This document shows positions 54,870-64,000 of a stretch of 64,000 nucleotides of DNA, one piece after another. Source of the DNA: Protoeuglena noctilucae (taxonomy: Eukaryota). Made by a program: the position numbers and the translations under genes. Below the pieces are notes generated by a model, which worked only from the letters and a program-made list of their open reading frames with translations, was not told the DNA's origin and ran no database searches. Position 1 is the stretch's first letter. The number at the start of each line of letters is the position of its first letter. The stretch spans positions 620,001-684,000 of the forward strand of contig OY253683.1 in assembly GCA_958009085.1 (NCBI GenBank), given 5' to 3'.

Positions 54870-57800
54870 TCATTCAAAGACCCTGGCCAACTCCTCCATC
54901 AAGCTGCGGGCAAAGCGAGGCGGGTGCTGAGGTCTCACTCGACCGCGAAGGGGATGGGTTAGTGTGAACGGCGATCAGGGGCGCTGTGCCAGGGCGACAT
55001 TCGCTCGATGGAGGTGCAAAGCCCGCTCGCGGCTCACCGCAGTCGCTCCCCGAACTTGTGGATGCCCAGGTGCGTGACGAGGACCTCATCGAACAGGCGC
55101 GGCTCCTGCGCCATGCGCCACAGCCCCGCCAGCGCCGTCCCGTTGATGGCGTGCTCTTGGAACGTGTCGAGGTGGTCTTGCAAGCCGCAACGCACCAGCC
55201 ACTCCGCCACCTCCTCCTCGTCCCACTGGTCCGCGCGTTCTGCGGCGCGGCAGGTGGGGTAGAGGAGATGAGATGGGGGTTGTGGATACGGTGCTTATCC
55301 AGACAACTGTGCACCCTTCTGTTCCGCCACGACCAGCCTGTCGATGTGATACAAGCTTAACATGTTCATCACCATCGTGGCCTTTCGCCTAACCAACGTC
55401 GACCATCCAAACACCCAATCCCAACCACGACCACAGCCGCCCCTCACCGATGTTGCCCTTAGACGCAGCCGTCGCGGAGATGAACTTCTCGGTCTGGCCC
55501 AGCAGAGCCACGTCCCCGATCTCCTTGAGGAGGCCCTGGACGCGCTGCGGCACCTCCCTGGTCGTGCTCATGTTGAAGTACAGCTTGGTGCCAAGCAGAG
55601 CGCCCAGCCATCCCGACGGGCGGTAGTCGGATTCCATGAGCAGCGGAATGATGCGCTTCTTCTGCTGAAAGGCGTACTCGGCCTCCGTGCGGCACGCCTG
55701 CGGTGGAGGGCGGCACGTGGGGTGGTGGGCTGGGTCAACAGCTCAGTATCGCAGGGCTTACCAGATACAACCATCCATGCCCCGCCCACCAGCCCCTTCC
55801 GCTCACCTGGGACTCCTTGTACCTCTTCGACACGCACACGAGCACCACGGCCGACCTCTCCACGGCGTCTGCCATGGCCTCGAGGGTAGACCCGGACATG
55901 CGATCCACGTCCATCCACGTCCGGTACCCCGCCTTGGCCAGCTGGTTGCGGACTAACAGAACCTGCGAGGGCGTACATGCAGATGAGGGGATTGAAACAG
56001 GCAGTTTCAGATTCCAATTGTAAGGTCTGCGCCCATGATTCATTCTTAACCTCTCCCCACTCAGGTCGTCACGACCCCACGCCCTGCGCCCGGCAGCGTC
56101 CCCCTCGCCTTCTGCTGCGATCCCCACTCGTACGACAGCATGATGTGCTCCTCCTTGGCCACCCCGTCCGACCCCGCGAACCGCCCCGCCTCGAACATCT
56201 GGTCCACGTCCTCCTTGAGCCCCAGCGTCCACAGCGCGCCCTGCGACGCAGTCATGACGACACCCATCAGGTGACTACACTAACTGTAGATTGAGAGGAT
56301 ACGTGACGTGCTTTCGACAGTATATGCAAGGTAGATCCGCAAGGACTGACTGGGCACCGGCAGCGCTCATCATGCAGCGTAGCGATGTGCGGCCCCGCGT
56401 CCCTTCCGGCAGCTCCCTTGGGCACTAACCGGACTGCCCCGCTTCATGCGAGGCGGGCAGCGGGGCAGCGAGCGTCGCTCTGGCCCCGATAAAAAAACCA
56501 GGGAGCGTGGGGTCGCGTCCCCCGGTGGATCGAAGGGGCAACGAAAGGGGACATGAGGAGTCAGGGTTGCATATGGAGAGACGCAAGAGGCACACAATAC
56601 CATACGCGCACCTCGACTGCCTATTTGATCCTCTCTGAACAGCAACCCAACAGCCCATGGCATCTCATGGCACCCACGCACCTTGGCTGCCTCCTTGGTC
56701 CTCCCCGACTCGGACGTGCGCCAGACCTCCCTCAGCGCATCCACGACCCCCGCAGACGCGATGATCTCCCGGCGGCACTTGTCGTTGAACGCCAAATTCC
56801 ACAGCGCCATGCAGACGTACCTGGCGGGACAGGGAGGCAAGTTACATAGGAACACAGAACACCTAGCCCTAACATGGAGTTTTGAATCACCGCTCGCCCC
56901 ATTAAAATCATCACGCACGTCTACTGCCACCGCCCCTCACCGCTGCGTCCGCTCGTTCTCGTGGTGCCGCACGAACAGCGCCTGGCCCAGCACCTCCACG
57001 CCCCCCGCCTCCAGCACCGTCTCCTTATTCGCATCTGGCACGCTCAGCGCCGACAGACCCATGGCCAGCTTCCACACCGTCCAGAACGTGCCGTACGCCA
57101 TCCGGCCCTCCACGGCCGCGCCCAGCACCTCGATGATCTGACAGACTAACGTCTGGTCCAACACGGGCACACCCTGCGCCCCCTCGTCCTTCCCCACCAG
57201 GCACGCCAGGGCCACGGCGCTGTTGATGCGCGTCGCGGGGTCCTGGGGGAACGAAGGGGGGTAAGCTTGCTTAGGTGCATTGAGCCAGGCAAAGGCATGC
57301 GTCGTGTGTGCATCTGAAGTGCTTCATCATGCCACCCACCCTCCGCAGCATGCCACCCTCCCTGGCTCCCGTGTACTACCACCGACAGCCTTACCTCTCC
57401 TCACATACGCCAATCACAGCCCCAAAATGCTCCCCGCTTCCCCCAGTCACCTTGTCCTCCAGCAGCTTCCCCAGCGCATCCACGGCCCCCTATGCTCCCC
57501 TCACAATCACCTTGTCCTCCGGCAGCTTCCCCAGCGCATCCACGGCCCCCTATGCTCCCCTCACAATCACCTTGTCCTCCAGCAGCTTCCCCAGCGCATC
57601 CACGGCCCCCATGGCCTTGAGTCGGTCGTGGAAGGCCTCCCCGTGGCACATGTTGCGCAGCACCCCGGCCGCGCGCGCCTTGACGGACCCCTGCGTGCCG
57701 TCCTGGAGCTCCCGAGAGTAGGCCGGGTCGTCGCTCATCATGAAGAAGACCAGGCGGGGGAGCACGCCCGACTCCATCACGTCGTTGTGCACCTCCCTGG

Positions 57801-58576
57801 GGACAGACAGGAGAGGAGAAGGTAAGGATGCAAAGTGCATTTGGAACATGCAAAGGATTCGAACTTAGTACCATCGATCTCTACCGAGTTAGGCTCGACG
57901 GCACAAAGGCACAGCAAAGGGTGGGTGCGGTGCGACACGCTAGGCTGCCATGCTGAGATGCATGCAACTCACTCATTGAATGCCACGACGGCGGAGAGGA
58001 GGAAGCAGAGCGCCGCGGTGAGCTCCACGGAGGGGTCCGAGGACAGCAGGTCCCTCGCCACCTGCAGGCCCCCGGCCTTGACCACGCTGGCGGCCGTGGC
58101 GGTGTTGCGGTAGCAGAGGATTTGGAGGGCCTCGAAGGGCGCGGGGTCCCGCATACGCGCACCGACGTCCAAAAGGCTCTGAATCGAGTCCGTCGCGAGC
58201 ACCTGCGGCGCCAGAGAGCACATGGCACATCGATCGCCAAACGCGCCCGCTGCCACGCGCCCGCCAAACGCTCCCAGCGGCCCTCGCCTTCCCCTGCATC
58301 TGCCTGATGTTCTTGGCTTTCGTGTTCACGGCCGTGCGGATCAGGTCGCGGATGTTGCGGGCCGCCTCGACCGTCTCGTCCCCGCCCGTGCTCCTCCCCG
58401 GCCGCAGGTACTTCGCCCAGTCCTCCAGCAGCGCGAGGTGGTCCACCTCTTCGAAGCGGTCAATCGCTGCGAGGGCCGGGCAGTGCGGTCCCCTTGGCGA
58501 CGTCCAGAAGGTGGGTCGAGCAAGCGCACGTGCCCGCGTCTCGTGTCCAAGGCGCTTTGAGCAGCCACTCACCCAT
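54870..58576 (-). CDS. ARM-repeat - TIR (TIR_2) - SAM domain protein (SARM1-like domain set, different order); 10 predicted exons; alternative upstream ATG at 58657
   Basis: ARM motifs (AAGVLRNMC, MALWNLAFND, KEAAK|GALWTL). TIR: HIMLSYEWGSQQK|VLLVRNQLAKAGYRTWMDVDRMSGSTLEAMADAVERSAVVLVCVSKRYKESQ|ACRTEAEYAFQQKKRIIPL...GWLG. SAM: WDEEEVAEWLVRCGL...FQEHAINGTAL...LGIHKFGERLR|LMEELARVFE*. Confidence 0.85.
57447..57610. repeat. 2.7 copies of a 60-bp tandem repeat comprising an exon 3' end plus donor site in the ARM-TIR-SAM gene
   Basis: tcaccttgtcctcc(a/g)gcagcttccccagcgcatccacggccccctatgctcccctcacaa repeated with period 60. Confidence 0.92.
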
Positions 58577-59222
58577 CTTGCCCTTGCGCTGGACATGTTT
58601 CGCGAGAGTGGACAGCTCTGGGATAGATTCCTGGGCCTGCAGGCAGCGGCGACGCATCTTCCCCGAGGCTTTGGCCGTGCGCGGTGCCCCCTGCCCAATC
58701 CACGAGGCGAGCGACGCATGACCTCGCGGCCGGGCCCCATACGCACCGTATGCTGTTGCTGGGGCTCGGCGTGATTCCGGACGGGCCGCCGGGCGCGAGG
58801 ACAGGGCGACTTGGAAAATCCTAACCCGGCACCGCGGGCGCCGAGCCCTCGGGCTACCAACGACATGTCCGCGGCTGCCTGGGCGCCGATCAAAACTATT
58901 TCAGCTGCCTACGTCTCTCGCGAATAGTTTCCCGCTCTCAGAAAGACTGAAAACGGCTCCGGATCACGAGCGTGTGCTATGTGGGAACAAACCCTTGCCC
59001 ATCACTTGCAGTGAATAATTGGACGCGCGATGCCTGGAATGCGGCTTCAACCGAGCCTCCCGCCACGCCTGACAGACGTCTAGGGTATCCGTCCACATGG
59101 TGCCAAGGGCGCGCTCAAATGCCCTCACTAGTCCCACCACAGACGATATACGGGCCAGCAGCAAGCCAGCGACGCTCCCAGGGCCAGGCCCAACTCTTCC
59201 GATGCACAGCAATCTCGACATG

Positions 59223-60118
59223 CTACCACATGGCGCGCTTGACCGGCTTGGCACCGATCCCCGTGTCGAGCAAGCCGTGCATGCTCGGCGGGGCGTCGGG
59301 GGAATCCTCCGGGCGGCCGTACATGTCCTGCTCTCAGCGAGGAAAACGTGCATGAAGACCCGCACTTGCAAGGGCTCGTGGGGATCCCCGGAGCTGTGCC
59401 AGCAGCTGCGAAGCGCTCGCCTGAGGGGTCATGACGCCCAACTGGCCAGAGATCTGCTCCAGGCCGAGCTTGGAGCTGGGCAGGCCGAAGCCCGGCAGGC
59501 GCATAGGCCGCGAAGCGATCTGCCGCTCAATGTCCAGACGTGCGGGCAGCGCAGAGCCGTACAGCTGCCTCATAGGCATGCCGCCCGATATCTCCAAGTC
59601 TTGCTGCAGGCAAAGGGGCATGTGGGCAGCACCGTGGCGTGGCGGCCGCGGGCTCAAAAGGGACCCGGCGTCAGTCTCACGGTCTGCGCCCCTCCGCCTG
59701 AGATCACGCGATACATCGACAGCGAAGGAGCGTCCCACGCACCTTGGCATGAGCCTTGACGATGTCCTCGACCGGGTGCGACGTGCTGGCCGACTCCTTG
59801 AGCGCGGGGAGGCCGTTGCGCAGGACGTCGACAGGCTCGCGGAGGAAAGGAAGCGACGGCGTCGATCCGCTGGTCCCGGTCGCCTGCGGTGGCGCGGGGG
59901 CGAACGGTCGAACCACGACGAGCGAAGAGGACTTGTAGGCGCCGCTGGCGGCCTCCTCCCGCACATCCTGTCACGCATACAACTCATTGGCCCACAGGCA
60001 TGATGGGGAAAGCCACGGGAGGGGCGCGCAGAGCGGCGCTAGACTGCATCGAGGCAATTGCGCTCGTGCGGCCAGGGACGCCGCGTCATGCCGCCCCATG
60101 GCCCCTTGCTCGCACCAT
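59223..60118 (-). CDS. POMP: Proteasome maturation factor POMP/Ump1; first exon probably ATG only (uncertain)
   Basis: DVLRNGL...SHPVE, MRQLYGSALPARLDIERQIAS...RLPG..LPSSKLGLEQISG, DMYGRPEDS. Confidence 0.82.
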
Positions 60119-60511
60119 GGTGACGACGTGACGCAATAGATGCGGTCACGCGCGTGGAGGCCGGACAAGAAGCGCTGGCACGTGGAAACGTTGGAGAGTT
60201 TCAGGTGTGCAAATGTGCAAATGCAGTGACGCCACGAGGATGACAACGCGTCTGCTACCTGTTTGCGATGCGCAAGCGGGAGGGGCGCCGGATGCGGCGG
60301 TCACGCGGCTGTCCAGCGGTGACACCGCCACGATGTTGATGTCAGGGCAAGCGATGGCTCGACGCCGCTGCTAGCGATTGCATCGGCCATATTTCATACG
60401 TCTGCCGATGGATGCGTAGCTGGCAGCGAGCCTGCGTCCTCGTTCCTCACAGGCAGGCCCTGATTGGTCACTTCCGTTAGCCAGGTGCCTCCAGTCGAAA
60501 TTCGAGCCGTC

Positions 60512-63062
60512 ATGAGTGCGAGAGGGGCATGCTTAGCATCCGCATCACCGCGGGTGGGGCCGCCCCCGCGCTTGTGCGACCGTGCGCAACACGGCACGGC
60601 CTTCACACCTCCTCGCGCCTTTTCACGGATCTTTGGCGAGGACATGGACCCGTCGCTGCTCATCCCCGAGGAGAGTAGGTGTGTGGCTCTCTCCAAACGC
60701 CCTCAGATGTCGCGTCTGGCTCCAGGCTGTGGATGCCGAGCACGCGTCCCTGCTCAGGCAGCTGCTTGCACCCACTGCAACAGTGAGGCTCTCTGTGCGC
60801 TGCAGTGAGTCGGTGTCGAAGCAGTGGTCGACGGTGGAGGACCACGTCGGGCGGACCCCGCTGGTGCGCCTGAGGCGACTCAACCCGAACCCTTCCAACG
60901 TCATCCTCGCGAAACTGGAGGGCAACAACCCAGCTGGGTCGGTGAAGGACCGGGCAGCGGCGCAGATGATCATGGAGGCCGAGAGGCGGGGTGTGATCCA
61001 GCCGGGGGACACGCTGATCGAGGCCACGTCCGGCAACACGGGCATCGCCCTGGCCATGATGGCTGCGGTGCGTGGGTACCGGCTGAAGCTCATCATGCCC
61101 TCGAACATGACGGAGGAGCGCAAGGCGTCGATGGCCGCGTACGGCGCGGAGCTGGTGGAGGTCGGGCCGGGGCAGATGGAGGCGGCACGAGGTGAGCGGG
61201 CGGGGTGAACAGCGAAGATGAGCGGTGGCTCACGGAGGTACATCACAACACACCTGATGCACCTACCACTCATCATGCGAAGCTGACTGTCGTCGCAGAC
61301 TTGGCGCTCCAGATGCAAGCGGAGGGCCAGGGCATCGTGCTGGACCAGTTTGGCAACCGGGACAACCCCCGCGCACACTACCGGGGCACGGGGCCCGAGA
61401 TATTGGACCAGACGAACGGGCGCATCACGCACTTTGTGTCTTCGATGGGCACGACAGGTGAGCGTCTCTGATGGCCGAAAAGCAGCGGTTGGTCGTCATT
61501 GTGTCGCATGCTGGCGCAGCGTGCCTCGCCTTGCGCACAGAGAATATCTGACGGACCTCTCACGCAGGGACGGTCACGGGGGTGTCCATGTTCCTCAAGG
61601 CCAAGAACCCGGACATTCAAATCGTGGGCCTGCAGCCCAAGGACGGCAACATCCCAGGCATCAGGCGAGCTGGGAGGGGTGGCCTTGGGGTCTGTCTTGG
61701 GGGCATGCGCTTCAACTCAGGGCGAGCAGTGGATGGAGAGAGAGAGACCCTGGTGTCTTAGGACATGATTGCTTTCACACACTTCACCGCGTTCGCCTGA
61801 CATGTACACGCGGCTGCCGAGCAGGCGGGCTGCCATGCCATGCACACCGTCCCTCTCTACCCACATCGCTCTCCGCTCGCGTTTTGCTCCGCAGGCGGTG
61901 GCCCCCGGAGTACCTGCCTTCCATCTTTGAGCCCGAGCGCGTGGACCGCGTCATGGAGATCACGCAAGGGGAGTCCGAGGAGACGATGCGGGCCCTGGCT
62001 CGCAAGGAGGGCATCTTCGCGGGGGTGAGTGCTGAATGGGACGAGGGTCAGGGGTGTATGTGTGATGATCATCAGTAGTAGAAGCTGTACTGAGTAACTG
62101 TACTGAGTGCTTTAGATAATATCATCAGAAGCCTGTGTCCGTTCCTGGTCCTCGGTTGCGCAGGCTGGCCCGACTGTCTGCGCCTGCGTCTCAGAGCCTG
62201 GTGTACATTTCTCGTATGATGAGTGCGGTAGTGCCATGCTTTACACAATGACGGACCGTGTTCTCAGGTGTCGTCGGGAGGGGCCATCTCCGCGGCCCTG
62301 CGCCTGTCCGCTGAGGTCGACGACGCCGTCATCGTGGTCATCGTGTGCGACCGGGGAGACCGGTACCTCTCCAGCGGACTCTTCTCCTCTGAAGCCGCCA
62401 AGCACGACCCCAGGTGACACTGGCGTGATGGAAGGGTCGCGTCACTCTCAGCGGTTGCGGGTGGTGGTTGTGCACGCTCCCAGGCGACAACGCATCTCAA
62501 CCCTTCTAAGCCTCTCAATGATGACAGCTCGTTGGGTGTCACCGCGCAGGCCCACGGGCGTGGAGACCTTCGCGTCCTCTCTCGCGCGCATGTCCGCGTA
62601 CCCGGCGCCCCACTACGTCCTCTTCACCACCGACATCGACCCTCAGACGCAGCAGCTGTGGTGCCCCGACTGCGCGCGCAGCGTCGACGCCGTCCGGGCG
62701 GCTGTCTGGGCCACGGGGGGGACGCTGCTTGAGGCCAGCGTGGGGCAACGGCCCGCATGGAAGAGCCCAGACCACCCCTTCCGGTGAGGGGCACGGGGCA
62801 GCTGGGCAACGGTGGCATGAGAGCTGAGCAAGCGTGGCTCATGTAGGGGCACGTCCCATCACCGGCGGTGGCTCGCAGGCACCTCCGGGGCTTTGAGATC
62901 AAGGGCGTGCCGACGTTGGTGCGGTGGGGCGTGCGCGAGACGGGGGACGGGGAGATCCTGGCCCGCGTGCAGGGGCCTCTGGAGAACGCAGCAACCGAAG
63001 CGGAGGCGGCGCGGGTGGCACAGGAGTTTGTGGCACGGACCAAGGACCTGCGCCTGGACTGA
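60512..63062 (+). CDS. cysM: Cysteine synthase B (CysM-type, PLP-dependent) with transit-peptide-like N-terminus, predicted to be fused to a C-terminal TRP14/TXNDC17-like thioredoxin
   Basis: [13 protein letters not shown] (PLP Lys codon 60945-60947), [66 protein letters not shown]. Intron 62414-62549 joins in frame to ...YVLFT...WCPDC (62659-62673)...[15 protein letters not shown]|...KGVPTLVRW. Confidence 0.85.
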
Positions 63063-64000
63063 TGGGGCCCGTGCGTGGGCTTTGGTTTAGGTCATGCACT
63101 TTCCTCTCTGCGCTTTTGCTAGCTCTTGGATTTGCTTTTAGCTGGAAACTTGCTCTGGCTCATCTACATGCCGATGGCTTGGCGCGCTATTGTGGAACGT
63201 CCACCGCTTTCGAAGCGATGAATCGGGCTGTCCATCCATGCGTTTGGAGCCGCATTGGGCCCCTGACTGCGGTGCTCTTAGGGTACCCCTGGCTGTCAGC
63301 CGCGTTTCTTCAGCCAGGTTGGCTCCGCGCATCGCGGACAGACACTGGCCTTCGGAGTGATTGCTAGGCAGGCAGCCATGCAGGGCGCGCTTGCGGAGGA
63401 AGGCTCCAATGCCTTCCCGGAGGGGGACGCAGCCGGCAGTACAAGGAACAGCCCCCTGAGCGGGTCTTCAGCCCGGAACATGATGCCGGCCAAGGACGCC
63501 ATCTTGGAAGAGGAGGCGATGAAGGCGAGCTGCCGCGCGGAGGGGACGGGCACGTTTGATTGGGAGTTTCAACTGGAGCCCTGGACGCGGCGAGGCGTCG
63601 CGCGGGGCTTCCGTCGCACGATGGCATTGTCTTCGCGTTCAGTTTTGTATTTATATTTCCCGGCCGTATCTTGGGGCCGGAAAACCCCGTCGCCGGCCGC
63701 CGTTCGCGGCGTTGTTGCCTCGGCCCCCTTCCGGGGCCTCCCTCAGCCACGGCTGGGTCTCTTGGCGCTAACATCCATTAATCTGCGTGAGAGATAGCGA
63801 ATAAGCCCCCCGGATCAATGGCCGGGCCCAGGGATCTCGGGAACTCGGCGGGCAACAACAGGGCCCCCCCGCCGCCCCCGGAAGTCCCGCACTTGCTCGC
63901 ACGCGGCCCGCCACCCGTGCAGCGCCCGTGCATTGCGATCCCACGGCTTTCATGCGTGCCGCAGCCTGTGTGGATGGCCCTTATCGCGGCTGGCCGATCA

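Noticed and set aside
56243..56680. Long intron in the ARM-TIR-SAM gene as a possible ncRNA or MITE host
   Set aside because: No terminal inverted repeats, snoRNA boxes or clear structure that I can support.
57447..57610. Repeat-spacer pattern resembling CRISPR
   Set aside because: The spacers are identical, the context is eukaryotic, and there are no cas genes; it is a simple tandem duplication.
31946..63062. Sulfur-metabolism cluster (MTRR, PAPST-like carrier, CysM-TRP14)
   Set aside because: The genes are spread over 30 kb among unrelated genes and carrier specificity is uncertain; chance is sufficient.
63296..63797. Short ORFs on both strands at the window end
   Set aside because: No recognisable motif or convincing splice structure; cannot support a gene call.

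Overview
GC-rich, gene-dense eukaryotic DNA with short spliceosomal introns (mostly ~60-150 nt) and TGTAA poly(A) signals, most consistent with a chlorophyte green alga; the species cannot be determined from sequence. Hand-spliced gene models, left to right: a GRAM/VASt lipid-transfer protein, a degenerate L1/Tx1-type LINE, ESS2/DGCR14, a ~15-kb fibrocystin-L (PKHD1L1)-like gene, Pol III subunit C17, an EGF-TM-RING-H2 receptor-like E3 ligase, a methionine synthase reductase-like diflavin enzyme, a small membrane protein, a TAAC/PAPST-like carrier, a Yip1 protein, FANCM, a plastid USP-like protein, an OTU deubiquitinase, a SHIPPO/ODF3-repeat protein, an ARM-TIR-SAM protein, POMP/Ump1, and a CysM-type cysteine synthase. 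Two systems stand out. (1) The proteobacterial-type CysM splices in frame onto a TRP14/TXNDC17 (WCPDC) thioredoxin, a candidate one-polypeptide thiosulfate to S-sulfocysteine to cysteine route; intron retention would yield CysM alone. (2) The SARM1-like ARM-TIR-SAM protein retains the putative TIR catalytic glutamate. Also notable: about 12 GC-AG introns (~10% of introns) and two tandem duplications that copy 5' splice sites. All exon structures are inferred by eye, and family assignments rest on recalled motifs rather than database searches.
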